NCBI GenBank assembly: GCA_041640655.1
Contig: JBEPZV010000037.1
Coordinates: 1-22,655 of the forward strand
Origin: a bacterium
GTDB lineage: Bacteria > Acidobacteriota > Blastocatellia > HR10
Length of the DNA stretch: 22,655 bases
Direction of reading: 5' to 3'
Under the pieces are notes generated by a model. It saw nothing but the letters and a program-made list of their open reading frames with translations. It searched no databases and was not told the DNA's origin. Both the position numbers and the translations under genes were made by a program. Of this stretch, positions 7,069 through 16,473 are shown one piece after another (within the stretch, counting starts at the first letter, position 1; each line of letters starts with the position of its first letter).

Positions 7069-8231
7069 CTCTTCTCCTCCGAAGCGCGGGCGAGGACTTC
7101 GCGGTAATAGGCCTCGTACATGGGGATGATCTGTTCGCTCGAGAAGCGGGCCAGCGCGCGCTCCCGCGCCCGTCGGCCCATCTCGCGGCGGCGCTCGTCG
7201 TCCTGCAGCAGGGCGATGGCGGCCTGGGCCATCGCCTCGATGTCGCCGCAGGGGAGGAGCAATCCGGTCACGCCATCCTCGACAACTTCGGGCACGCCGC
7301 CGGTGCGACTCGCGATCACGGGGACTTCGCATGCCATCGCCTCGAGCGCCACCAGCCCAAACGCTTCCATCTCGCTCGGCAGAAGCAGCAGATCGGCGAT
7401 CGAGAGGAACTCCGCGATATTGGGTTGCTTCCCCACGCAATGGACGCGTCCGGTGAGTCCATGGCGTTCGACGAGCCATTCGACGCGCGCGCGGTCTGGC
7501 CCATCACCGATCATGAGGAGTCGAGAGGGAACGTGCTCCACCACGCGCGCGAAGATCTCCACGCAATCGGGAGCCCGCTTGATCGGGCGGAAGTTGGAGA
7601 CGTGCGCGAGGATCTTCTCCCCGGAGGGGGCGAAGCGTTCGCGCAGCTCCGGGCGCGGGCGGCGCGCGTAGTCCTCGCCATTGATGAAGTTCGGGATGAC
7701 CCGAATGTCGCAGAGTCCGAAGATCTCGCAGGTCGCTCGACGCAGATACTGAGAGACAGCCGTGACCCCGTCGCTCTGCGCGATGCCGAAGCGCGTGATC
7801 GGCAAATACGAGCGGTCGCGCCCGACGAGCGTGATGTCGGTCCCGTGCAGCGTCGTGATCACGGGCAGATACCGATAGGGGCGGAGCATCTCGCGCGCCA
7901 GATACGCGCTGATGGCGTGGGGGATGGCGTAATGGACGTGCAACAGGTCCAACCCGTATTCGCAGGCGACGCGGAACTGCTTGGTCGCCAGCGCCAGGTC
8001 GTACGGGAGATGCTCAAAGAGCGGGTACTCGAGCATCTCGACTTCGTGAAAGAAGAGGCGGTCCGAGAGCTCCGTGAGCCGCATCGGCAAGGAGGCTGCG
8101 ATGAAATGGACCGTGTGTCCCCGCCGCGCCAGCTCCTTCCCCAATTCGGCGGCGACGATGCCGCTGCCCCCATAAGTCGGATAGCACGTGATCCCGATCC
8201 TCAATGGGCGCGTCGTGAATTCCCTCGCCAT
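7065..8231 (-). CDS. bshA: N-acetyl-alpha-D-glucosaminyl L-malate synthase (bacillithiol biosynthesis GT4)
   Basis: [51 protein letters not shown] are BshA hallmark motifs. Confidence 0.93.
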   Translation of the reverse strand: MAREFTTRPLRIGITCYPTYGGSGIVAAELGKELARRGHTVHFIAASLPMRLTELSDRLFFHEVEMLEYPLFEHLPYDLALATKQFRVACEYGLDLLHVHYAIPHAISAYLAREMLRPYRYLPVITTLHGTDITLVGRDRSYLPITRFGIAQSDGVTAVSQYLRRATCEIFGLCDIRVIPNFINGEDYARRPRPELRERFAPSGEKILAHVSNFRPIKRAPDCVEIFARVVEHVPSRLLMIGDGPDRARVEWLVERHGLTGRVHCVGKQPNIAEFLSIADLLLLPSEMEAFGLVALEAMACEVPVIASRTGGVPEVVEDGVTGLLLPCGDIEAMAQAAIALLQDDERRREMGRRARERALARFSSEQIIPMYEAYYREVLARASEEKR

Positions 8232-8252
8232 CGTGGGCGGAGCATCCGAGCA

Positions 8253-8690
8253 TCAGCTCATGTAGGCCTCGAACTCCTCCAGCAACATGAGCCCGTTCTC
8301 CTGTGGGTCATCCACGACCCCATGGGTCAAGCGCGCGAGCGTCGCGATGACCTTCAGGTGGAAGTCGGTCGGTTGACCGTACTCGTCGGCTTCGGCCTCG
8401 ATCTTGAACTTGCGCGCCGCTTTCTTGACCTGCAGGGGAAGGGACTCGTATGTCTGCCGCAGCTCCTCGATCTCCTCGGCCGAAGGGTGGGTGACGGTGA
8501 TCGTGCAGACCTCCACGCCGCGATCCGTCTGGGCTTCCACGTCGAGCGCGGTCCAGTAGGTGGCGTTCGACGTCTCCTCACCGTGTGACCGAACGCGACA
8601 CGCGTAACCGCTCTCTGTGAGCTTGGCGATCACGTCGGCGACCGAAGGGAGACGAGTCCGATCCGTCCAGACGAAGTATTCACACTTCAT
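8253..8690 (-). CDS. Hypothetical acidic protein (145 aa)
   Basis: Own promoter, AGAGG SD, gene-like codon usage, fills the gap between mqnE and bshA. No recognisable family. Confidence 0.8.
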   Translation of the reverse strand: MKCEYFVWTDRTRLPSVADVIAKLTESGYACRVRSHGEETSNATYWTALDVEAQTDRGVEVCTITVTHPSAEEIEELRQTYESLPLQVKKAARKFKIEAEADEYGQPTDFHLKVIATLARLTHGVVDDPQENGLMLLEEFEAYMS

Positions 8691-8747
8691 GGTTCGCTCG
8701 CCTCTTCTCCATCGTCTTGGTCTTGTTCACCGCGCCTGTGCGGATGC

Positions 8748-8776
8748 ATTGTAGGGGAGCGCGCGCGGTTTGGCAA
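8748..8776 (-). promoter_or_regulatory. Sigma70-like promoter for hypothetical-bshA-nth
   Basis: Minus strand TTGCCA-17 nt-TACAAT. Confidence 0.75.
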
Positions 8777-8789
8777 CCCGATCCACCGT

Positions 8790-9899
8790 TCAGGCGGAGG
8801 CGGTCGCCGCCGGGGCGACGGGATTGTAAAGCGAATCGCGTTCGACGGGGACGCGGCCCGCTTGTCGGATCAGGTGCTCAATCTCCGCGCGGGTGAGCCC
8901 TTGCGGCGTCTGTCCGCCCGCCATGTGGTAGATCTTCTCCTCGATCACCGTCCCGTCCAGATCGTCTGCCCCGAATCGCAGCGCGACCTGCGCCAGCTTC
9001 GGCCCCATCATGATCCAGTACGCCTTGATGTGATCGAAGTTGTCCAGCAGCAGTCGCGCGACGGCGATGTTCTTCAGATCGTCCACGCCCGTCGTCCACG
9101 GCAGGTGGCTCAGTCGTGTGTTCTCAGGATGAAACGCCAGCGGGATGAAGGCCGTGAATCCACCCGTCTCATCCTGAAGGGCGCGCAGCCGCAGCAAGTG
9201 ATCCACGCGCTCCTCGTAGGTCTCGACGTGGCCATAGAGCATCGTCGCCGTGGATTTCAAGCCGCACTCGTGGACGGCGCGGGCGACCTCCAGCCAGCGT
9301 TCGCCGCTGATCTTATGCGTGCAGATGATGTCGCGCACGCGACGGGCGAAGATCTCGGCGCCACCGCCGGGGACCGAATCCAATCCCGCGTCTTTCAGGA
9401 TCTCGATCGTCTCATGCAGAGATCTCCCCGCCAGTTTCGCCAGATAGTCCAGTTCCACGCAGGTGAAGGCCTTCAGGTGCACGTTCGGGAAGTGGTATTT
9501 CAGCGCGCGCAGCAGATCCACGTAGTACTGGAACGGGAGATACGGGTGCAGGCCGCCGACGATGTGAAATTCCCGCACGGACTCGGTGTAGCCGCGCGCG
9601 GCCGTCTGGACGACCTCCTCGATGCTCATCGTCCATCCGCCTTCCTCTCCGACCTTGCGGGCGAAGGCGCAGAGCTGACAGTCCACAAAGCAGATATTGG
9701 TCGGATTGATGTGGCGATTGATGATGTAGTAGGCGACATTGCCGTTCTTCTTCTCCCTCACATAGTTGGCGAGGGCGCCGAGCGTCAGCAGATCGTTCGA
9801 CCGGTAGAGCGCGACCCCATCTTCGAACGTGAGGCGCTCTCCGGCGAAGATCTTCTCGGCGATCGGCGCCAGTTCCGAACGCGCGATATAGGTCTCCAT
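8790..9899 (-). CDS. mqnE: Aminofutalosine synthase MqnE (radical SAM, CofH/MqnC family)
   Basis: NPTNICFVDCQLCAF (CxxxCxxC), PGGGAEIF, ATMLYGHVET, FDHIKAYW. Context with mqnP and ubiX. ATG 9899 follows GGAGG. Confidence 0.87.
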   Translation of the reverse strand: METYIARSELAPIAEKIFAGERLTFEDGVALYRSNDLLTLGALANYVREKKNGNVAYYIINRHINPTNICFVDCQLCAFARKVGEEGGWTMSIEEVVQTAARGYTESVREFHIVGGLHPYLPFQYYVDLLRALKYHFPNVHLKAFTCVELDYLAKLAGRSLHETIEILKDAGLDSVPGGGAEIFARRVRDIICTHKISGERWLEVARAVHECGLKSTATMLYGHVETYEERVDHLLRLRALQDETGGFTAFIPLAFHPENTRLSHLPWTTGVDDLKNIAVARLLLDNFDHIKAYWIMMGPKLAQVALRFGADDLDGTVIEEKIYHMAGGQTPQGLTRAEIEHLIRQAGRVPVERDSLYNPVAPAATASA

Positions 9900-9924
9900 T
9901 GCTCCCTCCACCGGCGACGATGAT

Positions 9925-10836
9925 TCATCGCAGCAACACCTCTCCCCCCATCGTGAGCAGGAGGATGAGGCTCACATAGGCGTTGGTCGTGAAGAAGGCT
10001 TCGTTGACCCGCGACAGGTCGTCGGGCCGGATCAACCGATGCTGCCGGATGAGTAGCCCGAGCGTCGCCGCGAGTCCCAGACCGCCCAACCCGCGCAACT
10101 CAGCCAGGCGAAAGGCCGCCACCAGGCTCGCGAAGGCGAGGGCGTGAAATCCCCGCGCGATCCACAGCGCCCGCCGGATGCCGAATCGCGCCGGAAGCGA
10201 GCGCAAGCCCACGCGCCGATCGAACTCCACGTCCTGGCAGGCGTAGATCACGTCGAATCCCGCCACCCACATCATGACGGCGAGGCTCACCGCGAGCGGC
10301 AGCGGCTCGTCCAGAGCGCCGCGCACGGCGATCCATGCGCCCGTCGGCGCCATGGCGAGGCACCAGCCGAGCACCAGATGCGAATATTCGGTGAACCGCT
10401 TCGTGTAGGAGTACAGGAGGATCGAGGCCAGCGCCACTGGCGCCAGCAGCAGCGTGAGCCGGTTCAGCATGGCGGCCGCGAGTATGAACACGGCTGCGGA
10501 GACGAAGACGAACGCGCGAACGTAGCCCGGACTCACCCGCCCGGCCGGCAGCGCGCGATCGCGCGTGCGCGGATTCTGACGGTCGAACTCGCAATCCACG
10601 AGCCGGTTGAAGGCCATCGCGGCGCTGCGCGCGCCCACCATGGCGACGAGGATCCACAAGAGCGTGCGTCCATTGGGAAGCCCACGGGCAGCGAGGATCG
10701 CTCCCAGCAACGCGAAGGGCAGGGCGAAGAGCGTGTGTTCGATCTTGATCATCTCCAGCGTCAGGCGCGTGTTCCGCCAAAGCGCCGTTCCGAGAGAGCG
10801 GGGCGCAGACAGCTCCGACGTCGCTCTCACGTCCAT
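9925..10836 (-). CDS. UbiA-like prenyltransferase (MqnP-type, menaquinone)
   Basis: [50 protein letters not shown], multiple TM helices. Overlaps the ubiX end. Confidence 0.9.
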   Translation of the reverse strand: MDVRATSELSAPRSLGTALWRNTRLTLEMIKIEHTLFALPFALLGAILAARGLPNGRTLLWILVAMVGARSAAMAFNRLVDCEFDRQNPRTRDRALPAGRVSPGYVRAFVFVSAAVFILAAAMLNRLTLLLAPVALASILLYSYTKRFTEYSHLVLGWCLAMAPTGAWIAVRGALDEPLPLAVSLAVMMWVAGFDVIYACQDVEFDRRVGLRSLPARFGIRRALWIARGFHALAFASLVAAFRLAELRGLGGLGLAATLGLLIRQHRLIRPDDLSRVNEAFFTTNAYVSLILLLTMGGEVLLR

Positions 10837-11447
10837 GTGCGACCTCCTCGCCACATCGTCTCCTGCGGGTGTTCAATCCCCAGATGATCCAGGATGCGAT
10901 AGACGAAGTGCTTCACCAGATCCTCAATCGTGCGCGGACGGTGATAGAACGCGGGCATGGCCGGCAGAATCACCGCTCCGAGTTGCCGCAGCGTCAGCAT
11001 GTTCTGCAAGTGGATGGCATTGAGCGGCGTCTCGCGCACGACGAGGACAAGACGCCGCCCCTCTTTCAACATCACATCGGCGGCCCGATGGATCAGATTG
11101 GTCGTCGCGCCCGTGGCGATCGCTCCCAGCGTCCCGACGCTGCACGGGACGATGACCATGCCATCCACCGGATAGGAACCGCTGGAGATCGGTGCTGCCA
11201 GATCGTTCACTTGGAAACACACGAGCTTATGCTGAGAGAGCCCCAGCCGGTCCGCCACCTCCAGATTCAGCGGATGCGGGATGTCCACATCCAGCTCCTC
11301 GGCGAAGACGCGGCGTCCGTTCTCGCTGATGAGCAGATTGATCTGTCGGACGCGCGGGCTCGCATCCAAAAGCTGCAGCAGGCGCTGCGCGTAGCAGGCG
11401 CCGCTGGCTCCCGTGATGGCGACCGTGATGGAGCGCTCCTCGCCCAT
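10827..11447 (-). CDS. ubiX: Flavin prenyltransferase UbiX
   Basis: [54 protein letters not shown]. Confidence 0.95.
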   Translation of the reverse strand: MGEERSITVAITGASGACYAQRLLQLLDASPRVRQINLLISENGRRVFAEELDVDIPHPLNLEVADRLGLSQHKLVCFQVNDLAAPISSGSYPVDGMVIVPCSVGTLGAIATGATTNLIHRAADVMLKEGRRLVLVVRETPLNAIHLQNMLTLRQLGAVILPAMPAFYHRPRTIEDLVKHFVYRILDHLGIEHPQETMWRGGRTWT

Positions 11448-11467
11448 AGGCCGATCGTCGGAGGACA

Positions 11468-11497
11468 AGCGTACCGATCTTCGAGAAAATCTGTCAA
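11468..11497 (-). promoter_or_regulatory. Sigma70-like promoter for ubiX-mqnP-mqnE
   Basis: Minus strand TTGACA-18 nt-TACGCT about 20 nt upstream of ATG 11447. Confidence 0.55.
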
Positions 11498-11553
11498 GAA
11501 ACGCGACTCCGTGAGCGAGGGCGCGCTCCGCAGAGGCGGTCGGTCGCATGAGC

Positions 11554-11583
11554 TTGACAGCTCCGAAGTCCTCGATTCATCAT
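11554..11583 (+). promoter_or_regulatory. Possible sigma70-like promoter for peptidase-aroB
   Basis: TTGACA-18 nt-CATCAT upstream of ATG 11606. Confidence 0.45.
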
Positions 11584-11605
11584 CCTTGAGTTGTAAGGCG
11601 TGGCG

Positions 11606-13111
11606 ATGCTCGAGACCTACCGAGAGGAGCTGGCCCGCTTCCACGAAGCGCTCGCGCGCGAGGAGTACGAGCATTATTCCGGGCGAAAGGACGCGCTCGA
11701 TCTGGAGCCGATCTACGATCAGTATGGGCATCTCTTCACTCCCGAGGCCGTTGAAGCCCTGCGGCGCGAGCGCGAGGCGATCCCGGAAGCCTTCGGGACG
11801 GCGCGGCGCGCGCTCGATCTGCTGATCGCCGATGCCACCGAGCGCGGGCTGGAGATGGCCGTGCGCCCGCTGACGGAGCAGATCGCGCGCGCGGAAGCGG
11901 AGGCGGAGATCGCCTGGGATGAGGAAGTGCTCACGTTCGCTCAAGCGCAGCAACGGTTGGCGATGGAGTCCAGTCCGGCTCGACGTCGCGAGCTGCACGC
12001 CGCGTGTCTGGACATCATCCGGCGGACGAATGAGCTTCGCGCGGAGCGGTGGCGCCAGATGCACCGCGCGGCGCGCCGATTCGGTCACCCGGACTATCGG
12101 TCGGTGTATCGCGTCCTGCGAGCGCTCGATTTCGAGGCGCTCGGTCGCCAGTGGGCGCAGTTCCTGGAGGAGACGGAGGAGCTCTATCAGGCGCATCTGC
12201 AGGAGGCTCTGTGGAGCGAATTGGGCTTGCGCCCGCAGGAGGCGCATCGCGCCGACATCCCGGCGTTCCTTCGCTTGGAGCGATACGCCGATGTCTTCCC
12301 CCGGAATGGGTTGCGGGCGATCTATGAAGACGTGCTGCAGGGATTGGGCATCGAGGTGGACCGGCAGAAGAATATCGAGATTGATGACGAGGAACGGCCG
12401 CGGAAGCATCCGCGCGCCTTCTGCGCGCCCATTCGGATCCCCGAGGAGATCAAGCTCGTCATCGCCCCGAATGGCGGCGCGCCGGACTATCAGGCGCTGC
12501 TTCACGAGGCCGGGCACGCGCAGCATTACGCGTGGACCTCGGCCGCGCTCCTTCCGGAATTCCGCTATGCCGGTGATCGCGCCCTGAGTGAGATGTACGC
12601 CTTCCTCCTCGAATCGTTGCTTCGGGAGCCCCGATGGCTCGAGGACGCGCTTCACTTCCCGGCGAGCGAGCACTTCCTGAAGCTCATGGCGGGGCAGCGG
12701 CTCTTCCTCCTTCGCCGATATGCGGCCAAGTGCGAATATGAGCAGCTCCTGCACGCGATGGATGAGCCGGAGGAGGTCGCGGCCGTATACGCCGAACGGC
12801 TCACGCGCGCGACGGGCTTTCAGTATCCGCCCGAGGAGTTCCTGAGCGACGTGGATGATGGGTTTTACGCGGCCGATTATTGGCGGGCCTGGATCGCCGA
12901 AGTGTGGCTGCGCGATTACGTGAAGACGAGATTCGGACACCGATGGTGGCGCCATCCGCGTGCCGGGCGATTCTTGATCGAGCTATGGGAGACCGGCGAG
13001 CGCTATACGGCCGAGGAGATCGTGCGACAGATCGGAACAAGCGCGCCCACGATCGAGCCGCTTCTGGACGAGGTGAAAATTGTGTTGGGACGACGCCGGA
13101 GGAGGAAATGA
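11606..13111 (+). CDS. Putative M3/M2-like gluzincin metallopeptidase
   Basis: LLHEAGHAQH (HExxH), downstream ALSEMYAFLLE third ligand, KHPRAFC motif, mostly helical. Start at 11600 (GTG) or 11606 (ATG). Confidence 0.72.
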   Translation: MLETYREELARFHEALAREEYEHYSGRKDALDLEPIYDQYGHLFTPEAVEALRREREAIPEAFGTARRALDLLIADATERGLEMAVRPLTEQIARAEAEAEIAWDEEVLTFAQAQQRLAMESSPARRRELHAACLDIIRRTNELRAERWRQMHRAARRFGHPDYRSVYRVLRALDFEALGRQWAQFLEETEELYQAHLQEALWSELGLRPQEAHRADIPAFLRLERYADVFPRNGLRAIYEDVLQGLGIEVDRQKNIEIDDEERPRKHPRAFCAPIRIPEEIKLVIAPNGGAPDYQALLHEAGHAQHYAWTSAALLPEFRYAGDRALSEMYAFLLESLLREPRWLEDALHFPASEHFLKLMAGQRLFLLRRYAAKCEYEQLLHAMDEPEEVAAVYAERLTRATGFQYPPEEFLSDVDDGFYAADYWRAWIAEVWLRDYVKTRFGHRWWRHPRAGRFLIELWETGERYTAEEIVRQIGTSAPTIEPLLDEVKIVLGRRRRRK

Positions 13112-14217
13112 GCCACCTGGCGCGCGTCCGTGTGTCGCTCGGCGAGCGCAGCTATGACATCGTGATCGGGGAGGAGGTGCTCTCGCGCGCTGGGGAGTCG
13201 GTGCGTGCGGTGCTGGGAGAGGTGCCGCGGCTCGCGCTCATCTCCAACGCGCGGGTGTTCGGCCTCTATGGGGCGGAACTTCGCTCCGGTCTCCGGCGGG
13301 CGGGTTTCTCCGTCTCCGTGCACCTCATCGGCGATGGCGAGCGCTACAAGACGGTGCGCACGGTCGAGCGGTTGTACGGGGAGTTGGCCGATCGGCATCT
13401 GGATCGCGCGAGCGCCATCGTCGCCTTGGGGGGAGGCATCGTGGGCGATGTCGCCGGATTCGTGGCCGCCACGTTCCTGCGGGGGATCGCCTATGTGCAA
13501 ATCCCGACGACGCTGTTGGCCGCCATTGACAGTTCGGTTGGGGGGAAGACCGGGGTGAACTTGCCGCAGGGGAAGAATCTCGTCGGCGCTTTCCATCAAC
13601 CGCGACTCGTACTGGCCGATGTCTCGACTCTGCGCACATTGCCGCGGCGGGAGCTGGCGGCGGGCTTATGTGAGGCGCTCAAGTACGGGGTGATCCGAGA
13701 CGCTGCGCTTTTCGACTGGATCGTCGAGCGCATGGAGGCGTTGAAGGCGGGCGAGGCGGCGGCCCTCGTGCCGATGATCCGGCGCTGCTGCGAGATCAAG
13801 GCCGATGTCGTGCGCCGCGATGAGCGCGAATCGGGGCTTCGCCGAATCCTCAATTTCGGGCACACCTTCGGGCATGCCTTGGAGGCCGTCACGGGCTACC
13901 GCCGATTGAAGCACGGAGAGGCCGTGGGCTACGGGATGATCATGGCCGCGCGTCTGGCGGTGCGTTTGGGCCTCTTGCCCTTGGAAGAAGCGGAGCGTCT
14001 TCGTCGCGCGGTCCTCGCCTGCGGTCGCTTCCCTTCGATCGCCGATCTCGATCCCGAAGCGGTCCTGGCCGCGATGCGCCACGATAAGAAAGCGCGCGCG
14101 GGTCGGTTGACCTTCGTGCTCCCGGTGCGGATCGGTCGGGTCATCGTGCGCGAGGATGTCCCCGTGTCGCTCGTCCGCACCGTGCTTCGCGAGAGTCTGC
14201 GCGATCTCTCGCCGTGA
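13108..14217 (+). CDS. aroB: 3-dehydroquinate synthase
   Basis: ALGGGIVGDVAGF, PTTLLAAIDSSVGGKTGVN, LNFGHTFGHALE, HGEAV. ATG 13108 overlaps the upstream TGA and follows GGAGG. Confidence 0.97.
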   Translation: MSHLARVRVSLGERSYDIVIGEEVLSRAGESVRAVLGEVPRLALISNARVFGLYGAELRSGLRRAGFSVSVHLIGDGERYKTVRTVERLYGELADRHLDRASAIVALGGGIVGDVAGFVAATFLRGIAYVQIPTTLLAAIDSSVGGKTGVNLPQGKNLVGAFHQPRLVLADVSTLRTLPRRELAAGLCEALKYGVIRDAALFDWIVERMEALKAGEAAALVPMIRRCCEIKADVVRRDERESGLRRILNFGHTFGHALEAVTGYRRLKHGEAVGYGMIMAARLAVRLGLLPLEEAERLRRAVLACGRFPSIADLDPEAVLAAMRHDKKARAGRLTFVLPVRIGRVIVREDVPVSLVRTVLRESLRDLSP

Positions 14218-14237
14218 GGCTCGAGGGATGATCCGCC

Positions 14238-14579
14238 TCACGAGAAACTCCCGATGGCTGCTGCTTCATCATCGAAGGACTCGAAGACGGTGGCCAATTT
14301 CGTGATCGTCAGGACCTCGCGAATGCGCGGGGGGACATGGAGCAACTTCACGCGGCCGCCGAGATTGCTCATGGTCGTATAGGCGCTCACCAGCTCGCCG
14401 ATGCCCGAGCTGTCCATGTGCGTGACACCCGCGAGATTGAGCACGAGCCGTCGCCCGCCGAGCTGAATCACGCGATGAATCGCCTCGCGAAAGCCCGCCG
14501 TTCCCTCGCCGATCGTGAGGCGCCCCTCGATGTCGAGAAGATGGACGTCGCCGATAGTGCGGTGCTCGATGCGGATCAT
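14238..14579 (-). CDS. STAS domain anti-sigma factor antagonist (RsbV/SpoIIAA-like)
   Basis: LVLNLAGVTHMDSSGIGELV with phosphorylatable Ser. ATG abuts the anti-sigma TAG. Confidence 0.92.
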   Translation of the reverse strand: MIRIEHRTIGDVHLLDIEGRLTIGEGTAGFREAIHRVIQLGGRRLVLNLAGVTHMDSSGIGELVSAYTTMSNLGGRVKLLHVPPRIREVLTITKLATVFESFDDEAAAIGSFS

Positions 14580-15026
14580 CTACGCGCTCCTCGGACGGAT
14601 CTTCTTCCTCAGGCGAACGGTGGTTCCCTCGCCGGGAGCGGACCGGATGTCCACTTCGTCCATGAAGGCCTTCATGTAGAAGATCCCGCGCCCGGTGGGC
14701 TTCAACAGATTCTCCGGATCCAGCGGGTTCGGCACCCGGGAGAGATCGAATCCGCTCCCTTGATCGGTCACGCGGACGCTGAGGCCATCGTGGTTGAAGG
14801 CGTATTGGATCTCGACCCGTTTCTGCCGATCCTCTCTGTTCCCGTGCTTGATGGCGTTGATGACGGCTTCGCGCACGGCCATGCTGATCCACATGGCCGT
14901 CTCCTCATCGAAGCCGGCGAGGCGGGCCAAGGTCGCGGTCACCGTCTCCGCGAGTTCCACGAATTCGAGTCCGCTCGCCACGCTCAAGCTGATGCTGTAA
15001 GTCTCCGGGGCGGCGCGTTCCGTCAT
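14580..15026 (-). CDS. Anti-sigma factor / serine kinase (RsbW-like, HATPase_c)
   Basis: REAVINAIKHGN (N box), DQGSGF (G1), GRGIFYM (G2). ATG 15026 follows AGGAGG. Confidence 0.92.
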   Translation of the reverse strand: MTERAAPETYSISLSVASGLEFVELAETVTATLARLAGFDEETAMWISMAVREAVINAIKHGNREDRQKRVEIQYAFNHDGLSVRVTDQGSGFDLSRVPNPLDPENLLKPTGRGIFYMKAFMDEVDIRSAPGEGTTVRLRKKIRPRSA

Positions 15027-15165
15027 CCCCCCTCCTGCGCGCGCCAAGAGCAGCGGGGCCAAGCGAAGCGTTCGGGAGAGACATCGCTCGAGCGCGCGCC
15101 TGTTCTGTTCGCGGAGCTGATTGTGTGCATCTTCGGAGGGAATGATGTAACATAGCAGGGGTTCT

Positions 15166-16473
15166 ATGTCAAGCTACGTGATCGGCAGGGCGAAGCGCAT
15201 CGCCGGAGAGGTGCGCCTGCCGGGCGATAAATCGCTCTCTCACCGGGCGGCGTTGTGCGCCGCGCTCAGCGAGGGCGTCTCCCGGTTGCACAACTTCTCT
15301 CCGAGTCTCGACTGCGAGCGTACGTTGGCCTGTCTCCGTGCCCTGGGTGTTCCGATCGAGATCGAGGCGGGGATGACGGTCACCGTCGACGGCGTGGGAC
15401 TGGAGGGGTTCGCGCCGTCGGCGCACCCGCTCGATGCCGGGAATTCCGGCTCCACCATTCGCATGATGGCGGGGATTCTGGCGGGGCAGCCCTTCGAGAG
15501 CACGATCACGGGCGATGCCTCCCTGCGGCGTCGGCCGATGGATCGGATCGTGCACCCGCTGCGCCTCATGGGGGCGACAGTTCACGCCCGCGAGGATCGG
15601 TACGCGCCGCTGACGATCCGTGGAGGGACGCTGCGTCCGATCCGATACCGACTTCCCGTCGCGAGCGCGCAGGTGAAGTCCTGTGTCCTCTTCGCGGGGC
15701 TTTTCGCCTCGGGGACGACGACCGTGGAGGAGCCCGTGCCGACGCGGGATCACACGGAGATCATGCTCGCTGAGTTCGGCGCTCAGGTGAGCGCGGTCGG
15801 CGGAGCCATCTCCATCTGCGGACGCCCGCGACTTCGTGCCCGCGAGTATCGGATCGCCGGAGATATTTCTTCGGCAGCCTTCTTCATCGCGGGCGCGCTC
15901 GCGCTTCCGGGCTCGCAGCTTCTTGTTCGCGATGTTCTGCTCAATCCGACGCGCACGGGCTTCCTCGATGTGCTCCGTCGGTGGGGGGCGGATGTGGCGA
16001 TCGAGAATCCACGCCGATGGCATGGAGAGGCGGTGGGAGATGTTCGGGTGACCTCAAGGCCCACAGCTCAGACATCGCGCGCGGAGCCGCTCGTGCTCGA
16101 GGGGGCGCTCATCCCGGCGGTGATTGATGAGATCCCCCTTCTGGCTGTCCTGGCGACGCGCATGCCGGGAGGGATCATCGTGCGCGATGCGGGCGAGCTG
16201 CGCGTGAAAGAGAGCGATCGCATTCGCGCGACCGTGGAGAATCTGCGGCGCATGGGCGCGCAGGTGGTCGAGCGCGCGGATGGGCTGGCCGTCGCGGGAC
16301 CCCAAGCGCTTCGTGGAGCGGAGATCGAGCCCGAAGGCGATCATCGCATCGCAATGGCCTTCGCCATCGCCGGTCTGTGGGCCGACGGGGAGACGAGCAT
16401 TCGGGATTCCGAAGTCGTGGCCGTCTCCTTCCCCGCCTTCTTCTCCATGCTGGAGCAGATCGTCGAACGATGA
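15166..16473 (+). CDS. aroA: 3-phosphoshikimate 1-carboxyvinyltransferase (class II EPSPS)
   Basis: PGDKS, GNSGST, SAQVKS, RDHTE, NPTR, ELRVKESDR, DHRIAM. Confidence 0.97.
   Translation: MSSYVIGRAKRIAGEVRLPGDKSLSHRAALCAALSEGVSRLHNFSPSLDCERTLACLRALGVPIEIEAGMTVTVDGVGLEGFAPSAHPLDAGNSGSTIRMMAGILAGQPFESTITGDASLRRRPMDRIVHPLRLMGATVHAREDRYAPLTIRGGTLRPIRYRLPVASAQVKSCVLFAGLFASGTTTVEEPVPTRDHTEIMLAEFGAQVSAVGGAISICGRPRLRAREYRIAGDISSAAFFIAGALALPGSQLLVRDVLLNPTRTGFLDVLRRWGADVAIENPRRWHGEAVGDVRVTSRPTAQTSRAEPLVLEGALIPAVIDEIPLLAVLATRMPGGIIVRDAGELRVKESDRIRATVENLRRMGAQVVERADGLAVAGPQALRGAEIEPEGDHRIAMAFAIAGLWADGETSIRDSEVVAVSFPAFFSMLEQIVER

Noticed and set aside
7069..7479. Extended N-termini of nth (also aroB from 12880, aroK from 16377, ubiX from 11549)
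   Set aside because: The nth, aroB and aroK extensions overlap upstream genes and ATGA overlaps give the true starts. The ubiX extension runs through its own promoter. Not fusions or frameshifts.
8790..9899. Radical SAM gene as cofH (F420 synthesis) serving the PPOX enzyme
   Set aside because: Motifs and the ubiX/mqnP context fit MqnE. No cofG/C/D/E in the window.
15142..15172. Minus-strand TTGACA overlapping the aroA start as the anti-sigma promoter
   Set aside because: No good -10 at 17-18 nt spacing (only TTACAT at 16 or CATCAT at 19). Too weak to call.
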